In this document: positions 28,288-37,248 of the stretch, piece by piece
Numbering within the stretch: position 1 is the stretch's first letter
How the letters are laid out: every line of letters begins with the position of its first letter
Origin: Patescibacteria group bacterium
Lineage (GTDB): Bacteria > Patescibacteriota > Minisyncoccia > UBA6257 > Brennerbacteraceae
Assembly (NCBI GenBank): GCA_040753135.1
Contig: JBFMGR010000001.1
Location: 59,252 to 123,251 of the forward strand
Direction of reading: 5' to 3'
Length of the DNA stretch: 64,000 bases
The notes under the pieces: model-generated
What the model was told of the DNA's origin: nothing
What the model saw: only the letters and a program-made list of their open reading frames with translations
Database searches by the model: none
Translations under genes and position numbers: made by a program

Positions 28288-28878
28288 ATGTATTCGCCTT
28301 CAATTGAACAGATAAAAGAATTAAGACAGGCGACTTTGGCGCCGATGATGAAGTGCAAAGAAGCTTTGGTTGCTTCAGCCGGAGATTTTGAAAAAGCAGT
28401 TGCTTGGCTGAATGAAAAGGGAGCGATTAAGGCCGCAGCTAAATCAGAGCGTTCTGTTGGCGCCGGATTGATCAATGCTTATATCCACAATGGCGGCCAA
28501 GTTGGCGTTCTTTTAGACTTGCGCTGTGAAACTGATTTTGTTGCCAGAAACCAGGAGTTTAAAGACCTGGCCCATGAAATTTGCCTTCAGATTGCCGCGG
28601 CTTCGCCCAGATGGGTTTCATCGGAAACCGTTCCCGAAGACGAGATTAAAGAGAAAAAGCAAGCTTGGCTAAAAGAGGCTGAAGCTTTGGGCAAGCCCAA
28701 AGAAGTAGCGGAGAAAATTGTCCAAGGAAAACTGGATAGTTTTTACAAAGAAACCTGCCTTTTAAACCAGCCCCATTTTAAAAACGAGGAAGAAACAATT
28801 AATGACTTGATTGTCAAAACAGTGGCCAAATTGGGCGAGAACATAAAGGTAGGGAAATTTGTCCGTTTTGAAATATGA
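28288..28878 (+). CDS. tsf: Elongation factor Ts.
   Basis: IKELRQATLAPMMKCKEAL…LRCETDFVARN. Confidence 0.85.
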   Translation: MYSPSIEQIKELRQATLAPMMKCKEALVASAGDFEKAVAWLNEKGAIKAAAKSERSVGAGLINAYIHNGGQVGVLLDLRCETDFVARNQEFKDLAHEICLQIAAASPRWVSSETVPEDEIKEKKQAWLKEAEALGKPKEVAEKIVQGKLDSFYKETCLLNQPHFKNEEETINDLIVKTVAKLGENIKVGKFVRFEI

Positions 28879-29573
28879 TCTGGGAACTAATCCCGTTGGG
28901 TTTAATCTTAATCGGCTTTGGCGGAGCGTTTGTTTTTTTAATTAAAAGAACCGAATCTGTTTCAGATCAAGAGATTGAAGCTTTGATTAAACAAAATTCA
29001 GCCGTAGAGAAAATCAGCAATTTTTACCAAAGCAAAATCAAACCCAGGCTTGAATCCCGAGAGTTAGAAAATAGATTTCTGATTTTGCTGGAAAAGTTTT
29101 TGCGCTGGTTAAGAATTTTGACTCTAAAAACAGAGAATTGGTTGACCGGGAAAATTGACCAAGTAAAAGAATTAAGAAACCGGCCGAAGTTTGACCCATA
29201 TTATTGGCTTTCGGTCAGGAGAAGCGCTTTGGAAAAAAAGATTGAGCAGACATTTTCGAAAAAATCGCTCTCCCGATCATTTGACCCGCTTAAAGAAGAG
29301 CTTAAATTAATCAAAAAAAGAGTCAACCAGCTTGATGAATGGGTTCATTTAGTCAGGTTTTATTTAGAAAAAGGCGAGCTGGAAGAGGCGAGGCGGCTTT
29401 TGGCTAAGATTTGGTTAAAAGGCGAAAAAAACTCGAGCTTGTCTTTACTGATTGAAGAATTCAGTTTAAAAGTCCAGGAAACAGAGATTAAACAAAAACA
29501 AGAACAAGAGATTGAAAAACAAGAGGAAGCGGATAATAATATAGGGAGTAAAGAGGGAGCAGATAGGCTTTAA
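28875..29573 (+). CDS. Hypothetical membrane-anchored coiled-coil protein.
   Basis: N-terminal transmembrane segment, K/E-rich helical remainder. Confidence 0.35.
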   Translation: MIWELIPLGLILIGFGGAFVFLIKRTESVSDQEIEALIKQNSAVEKISNFYQSKIKPRLESRELENRFLILLEKFLRWLRILTLKTENWLTGKIDQVKELRNRPKFDPYYWLSVRRSALEKKIEQTFSKKSLSRSFDPLKEELKLIKKRVNQLDEWVHLVRFYLEKGELEEARRLLAKIWLKGEKNSSLSLLIEEFSLKVQETEIKQKQEQEIEKQEEADNNIGSKEGADRL

Positions 29574-29720
29574 AGAGACAGTCGGAATAATTCAGGCGGG
29601 ATAGATGAAAAGACAATCCCCAATAGTCAATCGTAATTGTTCTATATAGCATTAAGGTATATTGATAAAAAATTATTATTAAGCATAAAAGATTCTATAT
29701 TTTTATAAAAGAAAATTTTT

Positions 29721-29808
29721 GCGCAGGTAGTCCCGTAGGGGCCGGGAGCGGTCTGTAAAACCGTTGGCCACGTTGCCCGCGTGAGTTCGACTCTCACTCT
29801 GCGCACCA
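29721..29808 (+). tRNA. tRNA-Tyr (anticodon GTA) with a long variable arm and encoded CCA.
   Basis: Acceptor GCGCAGG/TCTGCGC, anticodon loop CTGTAAA, T-arm GTGAG-TTCGACT-CTCAC. Confidence 0.8.
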
Positions 29809-29837
29809 TTCTGTTAAAATCTTGTAACAATATAGAT

Positions 29838-29912
29838 GGCCCTATCGTCTAGCCCGGCCTAGGACATCGCCCTCTCACGGCGAAAACACGGGTTCAAATC
29901 CCGTTGGGGCTG
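29838..29912 (+). tRNA. tRNA-Glu (anticodon CTC).
   Basis: Acceptor GGCCCTA/TGGGGCT (two G·U pairs), anticodon loop CTCTCAC, T-arm ACGGG-TTCAAAT-CCCGT. Confidence 0.7.
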
Positions 29913-29968
29913 CTAAACTATATGAAAACGAAGTTGTTAAAAACATGCGTTTCTTTCAATAAAAACAA

Positions 29969-29995
29969 CAAAATCCCGCTTTTAAAGCGGGATTT
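29969..29995 (+). terminator. Rho-independent terminator aaaatcccgc-tttta-agcgggatttt after the tRNA pair.
   Basis: Perfect 10-bp stem followed by a T-run. Confidence 0.6.
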
Positions 29996-30138
29996 TGTTA
30001 TGCCCAGCACCACTAAAAATTAAAGAGTTTTAGTAACACTGGGCACGGCAGTAAGGAGGAAACTGCCGCGCTTTTTAAAGAGCTAAATTATATTATAACA
30101 GATTTTTCAAAAAAATCAAAGTGTGTTAAGGTAATTTT

Positions 30139-30474
30139 ATGACCGATAAACAAAAAATCTTAATCTTATTTAGCTTGGGTTTAGCTTTGAATTTATTGGC
30201 CTGGGCTCTAATTTATTTTCAGGTGCCAGAGGAAAATTTCCCCTTTATTGTCAAATACAATATCTTTTTAGGTAAAGATCTGTTTGGGGATAAAACCGCC
30301 CTATTTTCTCTGCCAAGTTTAGGATTGATAATTTTAGCGATTAATGCTATATTGGCTTTAGCTTTATTAAGCAAAGAAAAAACCTTTGCTTTTTTAATTG
30401 GCTTAATAAATCTTTTCTGGCAGGTTTTTGTTCTCTTTTATGCTTTTGCTGCAATCTTCATCAATACTTATTAA
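30139..30474 (+). CDS. Hypothetical small membrane protein (3–4 transmembrane segments).
   Basis: Hydrophobic 111-aa ORF. Confidence 0.35.
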   Translation: MTDKQKILILFSLGLALNLLAWALIYFQVPEENFPFIVKYNIFLGKDLFGDKTALFSLPSLGLIILAINAILALALLSKEKTFAFLIGLINLFWQVFVLFYAFAAIFINTY

Positions 30475-30522
30475 TTTAGTTCCATAATTCATAATTCTTT
30501 ATTCATAATTCATTTAATAGAT

Positions 30523-30831
30523 ATGAAAGCAGTAGTGAAAATTAAAGGCCACCAGTATCTAGTTGCTAAAGGTGATAAGCTTAAGGTTCAGAAAATCAAA
30601 GCCGAGTCTAATGAGAAAATTTCTTTTGAAGATGTTTATTTAGTTTTTAATGATAAGGAATTTCATTTAGGCAAACCAAGAGTAGAAAAAGCAAAAGTTG
30701 AGGCTAAAATTCTCCGCCATTTAAAAGGCAGAAAAGTGATCGCTTTTAAATACGGGCCAAAAACCAGGCGCCGAGTTAAGCGGGGCTTTAGGCCGGAATA
30801 TACTGAAATAGAAATCACTAGCATTAGCTAG
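30523..30831 (+). CDS. rplU: 50S ribosomal protein L21.
   Basis: MKAVVKIKGHQYLVAKGDKL…FKYGPKTRRR…GFRPEYTEIEI. Confidence 0.8.
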   Translation: MKAVVKIKGHQYLVAKGDKLKVQKIKAESNEKISFEDVYLVFNDKEFHLGKPRVEKAKVEAKILRHLKGRKVIAFKYGPKTRRRVKRGFRPEYTEIEITSIS

Positions 30832-30840
30832 TGATTTCTA
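30810..30840 (+). terminator. Hairpin agaaatcactagc-atta-gctagtgatttct at the end of rplU.
   Basis: Perfect 13-bp stem followed by an A/T-rich tract. Confidence 0.55.
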
Positions 30841-31332
30841 TTTTAAATCCAAAATTCCAATAACCAAAATTTTTAGCTACGGGTTGATTCGCTTTTAGCA
30901 GACAATTTTCAGATAATTCTAAAAGCCCAAAATTTAAAAAATGTTTAAATGAAAACAGGGGCGCCATTGGCACCCCTGATGTTTTTTCGCCCGGGAGTGT
31001 AATTTCTGCCCCCGGGCATTAGACGCGTGGGCAACCCGAGACTATGTCTCGGGTTGCCCGATCAGTATATTTATTATAGCAAGAAAAAATACCGCTGTCA
31101 AACGCAGGAATAGTTCAATTTAGGATTTCTTAATTTATTGAAGTCTCACTTCAATAAATTGTTTTCCGCGTCTAAAGAAGTCGGGCTTCTAAAACTAGGT
31201 CTTTATGGAAACCAATATGTTTCTGAACTTATGCAGATTTTAAGATATCAATATCGCTGGTCTTTAAGAATATTTTAAGATTTGTGGATTTATTTAGAAA
31301 TTAGATATTAGGAATTAGATATTGCCAACGCT

Positions 31333-31944
31333 TTATCTTCTTGAAGTTAAGGCGTTGGTTAGGGTGTCTTCATCAGCAAACTCTATCTCCGCGCCCCTGG
31401 GCAGACCCAAACCCAAACGGGTGATTTTTAGATTAAATGGCGAGAGAAGTTTTTCCAGTTCCATCGCAGTCAGATCTCCTTCAGCAGTATGGCTTAATCC
31501 CAAAACCAGCTCTTTGATAGAAGAATCGTTTTTCAGCCGCTCCAACAGCTCTTTGATTCTTATCTCTTGGCCATTGCTCTTTTTTAAGGGTGAGAACAAG
31601 CCGCCTAAAATAAAATAAAGCCCTTGATATTTTTTAGTTTTTTCCAAACTAATTAAGTCAGTCTCTTTTTCAACCAGAGTTAAGATGGTTTTGTCCCGGC
31701 TTGGATTACGGCAAATCTGGCAGAAGTTAAGCCGGTTGGGGCCAGAGTTTGGTTCGAAAACAAAAAAACATTTAGGACAGATAGCGGTTTTATCGGCTAA
31801 ATCCTTTAAGGCAAAAGCATAAGAATAAATAAGGTTTTTGTTTTTCTTCAAAAACCAGAAAGCAATCCTCTGGGCCTGTCTTGGTCCAATACCCGGGATT
31901 TTGGAAAACGACTCAATGAATTTTTTTAATGAATCCGGGAGCAT
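31333..31944 (-). CDS. recR: Recombination protein RecR.
   Basis: FSKIPGIGPRQAQRIAFWFL; C4 zinc finger; Toprim. Confidence 0.85.
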   Translation of the reverse strand: MLPDSLKKFIESFSKIPGIGPRQAQRIAFWFLKKNKNLIYSYAFALKDLADKTAICPKCFFVFEPNSGPNRLNFCQICRNPSRDKTILTLVEKETDLISLEKTKKYQGLYFILGGLFSPLKKSNGQEIRIKELLERLKNDSSIKELVLGLSHTAEGDLTAMELEKLLSPFNLKITRLGLGLPRGAEIEFADEDTLTNALTSRR

Positions 31945-32089
31945 AAAAAATGAATTATGAATAATGAATAATGAATTATGGAATTAAGATAGATTTTAGA
32001 GCCAAAATCTAAAATCTACGTTTTATTGTTATGTCCTCCCGCCAATTTACTAATAATTGGTAAATCAACAGGGTTTTATTGGAAATTGT

Positions 32090-33490
32090 TTAAAATTCTT
32101 CTTCGCCAAGGCTGCGCTCTGAGATTTCTTCTTTGGTCAGTTCTCTAAAACTGGCAAAGTCCTGGTTAAAATACAATGTTGCTTTGCCAAGAGGCCCATT
32201 CCGGTGTTTGGCAATGATAATATCAGCCAAGTTTTGCCTTTCTGTTTCTTGTTTTACCCGGTCTTCCCGGTAGATAAACATCACCACATCAGCGTCTTGC
32301 TCAATTGAGCCGGATTCTCTTAAATCAGCCAATTTGGGCATTTGCTGGGGCCGATGCTCAACTGCCCGGCTAAGCTGGGAGATTGCCAAAATCGGAATGC
32401 TCAATTCTCTGGCCAAAGCTTTTAAGCCCCGGGAGATTTCGGTCATTTGCTGGACCAAGTTGTCAGAATTTGAGGGCGAGTGGATCAGCTGGAGATAATC
32501 AACAATTAACAGGCTTAAGCCGGTTTCTGCTTGTAAGCGTCGAGCCATGGCTCTCATCTGGATAATGGTCGGCATAGGCGCGTCATCAACATAAATCGGC
32601 GCTTCGTCTAATTTAGCCATTGCTTCTTGGATTAACTCAAAATCATTGGGTTCGCCTTTTTCGGAAAGATTGCCGGTTCTGATTTTCCAGAGGTCAACAT
32701 TGGCTTCAGCGGCAATTAATCGGTCAATAATCTGGTCCCGGGACATCTCCAAACTGAAAACTCCGACCGGAACGTTTTCTTTCAAAGCCGAATTCCGGGC
32801 AATATCAAGAGCTAAAGCGGTTTTCCCCAAAGAAGGCCGGGCGGCTAAAATCACTAAATCAGACCGCTGTAACCCGGAAAGCAGGTTGTCAAGCGGGGCA
32901 AATCCGGTTGGCACGCCTCTTAGTTTTCCCCGCTGGTGATGCAGTTCATCAATTCTTTCAAAAGCTTTTTTTAAATCATCGCCAATATGGACAAAGGCCG
33001 GGCCAGCGCTTTTTTGGGAGATTCGGAAAATTTCTTGTTCAGCCAGATCAAGGACTTCATTGACATCTTTTTTTTCTTCCCGAGCCAGTTCGCTGATATT
33101 ATAAGAGGCGCTGATTAAATCTCTTAAAACCCGTTTTTTATTGACGATCTTTGAGTAGTGTTCAATATGGCTTGAAGTTGGCACGGCGTTGACCAGTTCA
33201 GAAAGGTAGCCAATTCCGCCGATTTCTTCTAAGAGCTTTTTTTCTTTCAACCGGCTGGAAACAGTTAGAACATCAATTGGTTGGCTTTTAGAAAAAAGCT
33301 CCAGCATTACCTCAAAGATTTTTGCATGATTGGGCTGGTAGAAATCTTCCGGAACCAAAAGGTCAGCGACTTTAGTAATCGCATTTTTATCAATCATAAT
33401 TGCGCCCAAGACAGATTGTTCCGCTTCTAAATCTTGAGGCGGCAACTGTCCGGCCAGATTTTCTAAGTTTTGAACTTTCTTTTTAGGCAT
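32090..33490 (-). CDS. dnaB: Replicative DNA helicase DnaB.
   Basis: PPQDLEAEQSVLGAIM…; ARPSLGKTALALDIARN Walker A; 466 aa. Confidence 0.9.
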   Translation of the reverse strand: MPKKKVQNLENLAGQLPPQDLEAEQSVLGAIMIDKNAITKVADLLVPEDFYQPNHAKIFEVMLELFSKSQPIDVLTVSSRLKEKKLLEEIGGIGYLSELVNAVPTSSHIEHYSKIVNKKRVLRDLISASYNISELAREEKKDVNEVLDLAEQEIFRISQKSAGPAFVHIGDDLKKAFERIDELHHQRGKLRGVPTGFAPLDNLLSGLQRSDLVILAARPSLGKTALALDIARNSALKENVPVGVFSLEMSRDQIIDRLIAAEANVDLWKIRTGNLSEKGEPNDFELIQEAMAKLDEAPIYVDDAPMPTIIQMRAMARRLQAETGLSLLIVDYLQLIHSPSNSDNLVQQMTEISRGLKALARELSIPILAISQLSRAVEHRPQQMPKLADLRESGSIEQDADVVMFIYREDRVKQETERQNLADIIIAKHRNGPLGKATLYFNQDFASFRELTKEEISERSLGEEEF

Positions 33491-34898
33491 TTTTTATTTT
33501 TTTGGCAATTGGTTTTTTGGGAGAATCAATCACTTGCCAGCCGAGCCTTTCAATTTCCCGCCTGATTTTGTCTGCTTGCTCCCATTTTTTATTTTCCCTT
33601 AGTTTTTTTCGCTGGGCAAGCAAAACTGTGATTTTCCTGGGTATAACTTCAGATTTTTTTCTGATAAAAATCTTAAAGATTGAGTTGATTTTTTCAAGCA
33701 ACCGGATTATTTCTTCTTGGGTTTGACGGCTGATTTGAGTTAAAAACGGGTCATCTTGGTATATTTTTCTGATTAATTCAAATAATAAGCCAAGAGCTTT
33801 AGCGGTATTAAAATCATCAGCTAAGTTGGCAAGAAATTCTTTTTCTGTTTTTGAGATTAGTTTTTCAAGTTTAGGATTGGGTTTAACGGTTTTCCCTGGT
33901 TTTAATCCGATAATCTGGGAATAAAACTGATTTAATTTCTCCCAAGCTTGTTTAGACTGGTTAAAAGCTTTGAAGCTGAAGTTAATCGGAGTTCGGTAAT
34001 GGAAATTGGCGATAAAAAACCTGACGGTTTCTGGCCTTTCTTTTTCAAGTAATTGAGAGACGGTAATGAAGTTGCCCAAAGATTTGCTCATCTTCTTGCT
34101 GTTTACTAAAAGAAAACCAGTATGCATCCAGATCTGAACCAAGGGCTTTTTCCCGGAGATTGATTCCATTTGAGCAATCTCGGATTCATGATGGGGGAAA
34201 ATTAAATCAATGGCGCCGCCATGGATATTATACCGGGGCCCGAAAAAATGCTCGGAAATAGCCGTGTCTTCAATATGCCAACCAGGCCGGCCTTTGCCCC
34301 AAGGGCTGGGCCAGTTTGGTTCATTGGGCTTGGAAAATTTCCAAAGGCAAAAATCAGCTTTGTTTTTTTTATCAATTGAGTCATCAATCCGGGAAACCGA
34401 ATCTTGGGCTTGCAAGCCGGTTCTTTTGGCTAATTTGCCGTAATCTTTGAATTTATTGACGTTGAAGTAAATTCCGTCGCCGGTTTGGTAAGCAATCTTT
34501 TTATCAAACATTCTTTTGACCTGGCTGATAATTTGGGGAATAAATTCAGTTGCCCGAGCATGCCGAGTGACTGAATTAATTTTCAGTTTTTTCATCTGTT
34601 GATGATAGATTTTTTCATATTCCCGGGCGATTTTTTTAGACGTAGTTTGTTTTTCCCTGGCTTTGTTGATGATTTTGTCATCTATATCAGTGATGTTCTG
34701 GAGGTAAAAAACATCAAAACCGGCAAATTTTAAAAAATTAACAAAAAAATCATAAACTAAATAAGTCCGAGCATGGCCGAGATGGGGCTGGTCTTGAACT
34801 GTCGGGCCGCAGACAAAAAGATTAATCTTGTTTTTACTTAAAGGTTTTAAAGCCTGCTTTTTCCCGGTTAAAGTATTGTAAATTTTGATTGTCAACAT
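33483..34898 (-). CDS. cysS: Cysteine--tRNA ligase.
   Basis: CGPTVQDQPHLGHARTY (HIGH) and KMSKSLGN motifs. Confidence 0.9.
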   Translation of the reverse strand: MLTIKIYNTLTGKKQALKPLSKNKINLFVCGPTVQDQPHLGHARTYLVYDFFVNFLKFAGFDVFYLQNITDIDDKIINKAREKQTTSKKIAREYEKIYHQQMKKLKINSVTRHARATEFIPQIISQVKRMFDKKIAYQTGDGIYFNVNKFKDYGKLAKRTGLQAQDSVSRIDDSIDKKNKADFCLWKFSKPNEPNWPSPWGKGRPGWHIEDTAISEHFFGPRYNIHGGAIDLIFPHHESEIAQMESISGKKPLVQIWMHTGFLLVNSKKMSKSLGNFITVSQLLEKERPETVRFFIANFHYRTPINFSFKAFNQSKQAWEKLNQFYSQIIGLKPGKTVKPNPKLEKLISKTEKEFLANLADDFNTAKALGLLFELIRKIYQDDPFLTQISRQTQEEIIRLLEKINSIFKIFIRKKSEVIPRKITVLLAQRKKLRENKKWEQADKIRREIERLGWQVIDSPKKPIAKKIKNA

Positions 34899-34993
34899 AG
34901 TTTATTGTTAAATTGTGTCCCACTTCCTTAAATTATAATTTTAAACAGGGGTATAGCAGTGAAACAATGGAGCAATGAAGCAGTTTAATTTTC

Positions 34994-35902
34994 TTACAGC
35001 CAATTTTTCTTTTTCATAATAAGGTATAAGCCAAAGCTGCAGACAAGAGTGATGCCGGTAATGATATACCAATCAGCCGGTTTGCCAATAATTGGCGTAA
35101 ACTGGGTGTTAATCTGGAATAGCGTGCCGATAATTGTAAACGGCGCCAAAAGAAAAGCCAACCAGGAAAGAATTTTAGTCACCTCATCAAGTTTTGAAGA
35201 TAAAAGCGAAGAGTTGGTTGCCTCTAAGCTGTCAATGGTGTCTTTTTGGTTTTCGGCCAAGTCAATTGTGTCCAGATAAAGTCCGTAAATTTGATCAAAC
35301 AAAGAGGATTTATTTTCTTGGTAAAGCTCTTGGTTTAAGCCGGCTAAAGATTTTAACAATCCCTGGATTGGTTTCATAATTCTCCGGAAATCTAAAATGT
35401 CCCTTTTGGCAACCGAAAGCTGTTTAATCATTTCTTTTTCTTTGCCCTTAAAGATTTTGTCGGTGATTAAGTTGACCTCTTTGTCAATATGGGCCAGTTC
35501 CCGGTTGGCATAACTGAATAGATGGCCGAACAAACCATTTAAAAATTCAGCTGTGGTTTGGTCAAAATATTTTTTCTTAAAACCCTCTAATTCTTCCGCA
35601 TTTTTGAAGAATTCGTCAATTGGCTGGCAGTTTTCATATCTTATTGTGGCAACCTCTTTTTCTTTGATTAAAAAATTAATTTCCACCGGAGTGCAGGTCT
35701 TTTTGCTTTCATTGTAAATTGGAAAACGGATGACTAAAAAAATAAAGTCTTGGTGTTTTTCTATTTTTTGTCTCGGCGATTGGTTTTTAAGCTCTTCAAT
35801 TAAGCTGGAGTTGAGTTCAAAAGATTTCCCCAGAAAATCGATTTCCTCGTCTGTTGAGGGATAGAGGTCATACCAGACAATGTTTTCTTTGATTAAGCGC
35901 AT
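34994..35902 (-). CDS. CorA-family divalent cation transporter-like protein; the GMN-type motif is divergent.
   Basis: ~300 aa with two C-terminal transmembrane helices flanking GTLFQIN…, which is CorA-like topology. Confidence 0.45.
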   Translation of the reverse strand: MRLIKENIVWYDLYPSTDEEIDFLGKSFELNSSLIEELKNQSPRQKIEKHQDFIFLVIRFPIYNESKKTCTPVEINFLIKEKEVATIRYENCQPIDEFFKNAEELEGFKKKYFDQTTAEFLNGLFGHLFSYANRELAHIDKEVNLITDKIFKGKEKEMIKQLSVAKRDILDFRRIMKPIQGLLKSLAGLNQELYQENKSSLFDQIYGLYLDTIDLAENQKDTIDSLEATNSSLLSSKLDEVTKILSWLAFLLAPFTIIGTLFQINTQFTPIIGKPADWYIITGITLVCSFGLYLIMKKKNWL

Positions 35903-35933
35903 ATTTTTATTTTAGCATAAACACAAACTATTT

Positions 35934-35960
35934 TTAGCAGTCTTGACTTTAGATTGCTAA
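35934..35960 (+). promoter_or_regulatory. CIRCE-like operator TTAGCAGTC-N9-GATTGCTAA overlapping a ttgact…tataat promoter upstream of hrcA.
   Basis: Inverted repeat with a 9-nt spacer matches the CIRCE architecture; −35 ttgact at 35944 and −10 tataat at 35965. Confidence 0.6.
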
Positions 35961-35985
35961 AGAGTATAATACAGATAATTCTAAA

Positions 35986-36672
35986 ATGAATCCTCGGCAA
36001 AAGCAAATCCTTTCCGCTTTAATTGACGATTATGTCAAAGAAGTTAAGCCAATTAGCTCTAATTTTTTAGTTGAACAGCATCATCTGGATTTTAGTCCGG
36101 CAACAGTCAGGAACGAGCTGGCTCAGCTTTTGGCTGAAGGCTATTTGAGGAAAATCTATTTTTCCTCCGGCAATTTGCCAACCAACAAAGCTTATCGGTT
36201 TTTAGTTGAGCAGATTTTAGGAGAGGAGGTCTTGGCAGCAGAATTAGAATTTGGTTTGGAGCCGGAAATAGAGTCTTTGTCTGAATTAGTCAAACTTCTA
36301 AGCCGCCAGCTCGGTTTATTAACTGCTGGGATTGACCAGGATTTGAATTTGTTTGTTGATGGTTTGGAGGAGTTGTTTAATCAGCCGGATTTTGAGACCC
36401 GGGTCCAGTATCTGGCTTTGGGCCGGGTGGTAGATTTTTTGCGGGAAGCAAGGGAAGAGATTTTTAAAAAAGCGGAGAATCTCCCGGCGGCAATGTTTGT
36501 TGGCAGGAAAAATCCTTTTTATCAGGGCAGCGATGAGTTAAGCTGGCTGGTTAGCGGCCCCGGGGAAAATTGCTCCCCTGGAGTTTTAATCAGCATCGGA
36601 CCAACCAGAATGTTTTACAAAAAAAACTGGCAGACATTTTGTCGCCTGAAGGATTGTTTTTTTAAAGATTAA
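35986..36672 (+). CDS. hrcA: Heat-inducible transcription repressor HrcA (short form, 228 aa).
   Basis: The N-terminal winged HTH (RQKQILSALIDDYV…SPATVRNELAQLLAEGYL…GNLPTNKAYRF) matches HrcA; it is followed by grpE–dnaK. Confidence 0.6.
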   Translation: MNPRQKQILSALIDDYVKEVKPISSNFLVEQHHLDFSPATVRNELAQLLAEGYLRKIYFSSGNLPTNKAYRFLVEQILGEEVLAAELEFGLEPEIESLSELVKLLSRQLGLLTAGIDQDLNLFVDGLEELFNQPDFETRVQYLALGRVVDFLREAREEIFKKAENLPAAMFVGRKNPFYQGSDELSWLVSGPGENCSPGVLISIGPTRMFYKKNWQTFCRLKDCFFKD

Positions 36673-36694
36673 GAATTAATTATTTTAAATCACA

Positions 36695-37177
36695 ATGGCA
36701 GAAAGCAAAAAAACTAAAGATAAAGACCAGCGAGCTGGAGAAAAATTATCGGAGTGCGAAAAGCTTCGGAACGAGTATCTGGCTGGCTGGCAAAGAGCAA
36801 AAGCAGATTTTTTGAATTACAAAAGGCAAGAAGAGGAACGGTTAAGCGGTCTAATCAAGTTGGCAAACGAAGGATTAATTTCAGAACTGCTTTTTGTTTT
36901 AGACAGCTTTGCTTTGTTAAAAAACAATTTAAAGGATCAAGACAAAGAAAATTCAAAACCGCTTTTCTTGATTTACTCCCAGCTTGAGGGCATTTTAAAA
37001 AGGCATGGTTTGGAGAAGATTGGAGCAAGAAAGGGAGATAAGTTTGACCCGGAGAAACACGAAGCCGTTGAAGCGGAAGAAAACGGAGAATCAGGAATAA
37101 TTTTAGAAATTATTGCTGATGGTTACATTCTGAACGGGAAATTGATTCGGGCAACGAGAGTTAAAGTGGCGAAATAG
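36695..37177 (+). CDS. grpE: Nucleotide exchange factor GrpE.
   Basis: Coiled-coil N-terminus; KLRNEYLAGWQRAKADFLNYKRQ; C-terminal β domain. Confidence 0.8.
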   Translation: MAESKKTKDKDQRAGEKLSECEKLRNEYLAGWQRAKADFLNYKRQEEERLSGLIKLANEGLISELLFVLDSFALLKNNLKDQDKENSKPLFLIYSQLEGILKRHGLEKIGARKGDKFDPEKHEAVEAEENGESGIILEIIADGYILNGKLIRATRVKVAK

Positions 37178-37248
37178 CCGCGGCAGATCATGGATTATAT
37201 GAATTAAAGATTATAGATAATTAATTTTTTTAAAAAAATTAAAAACAT

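Noticed and set aside
29642-29830. 62-aa minus-strand ORF.
   Set aside because: It lies antisense to tRNA-Tyr, so it is spurious.
31322-31618. 98-aa plus-strand ORF.
   Set aside because: It is antisense to recR and has no motif.
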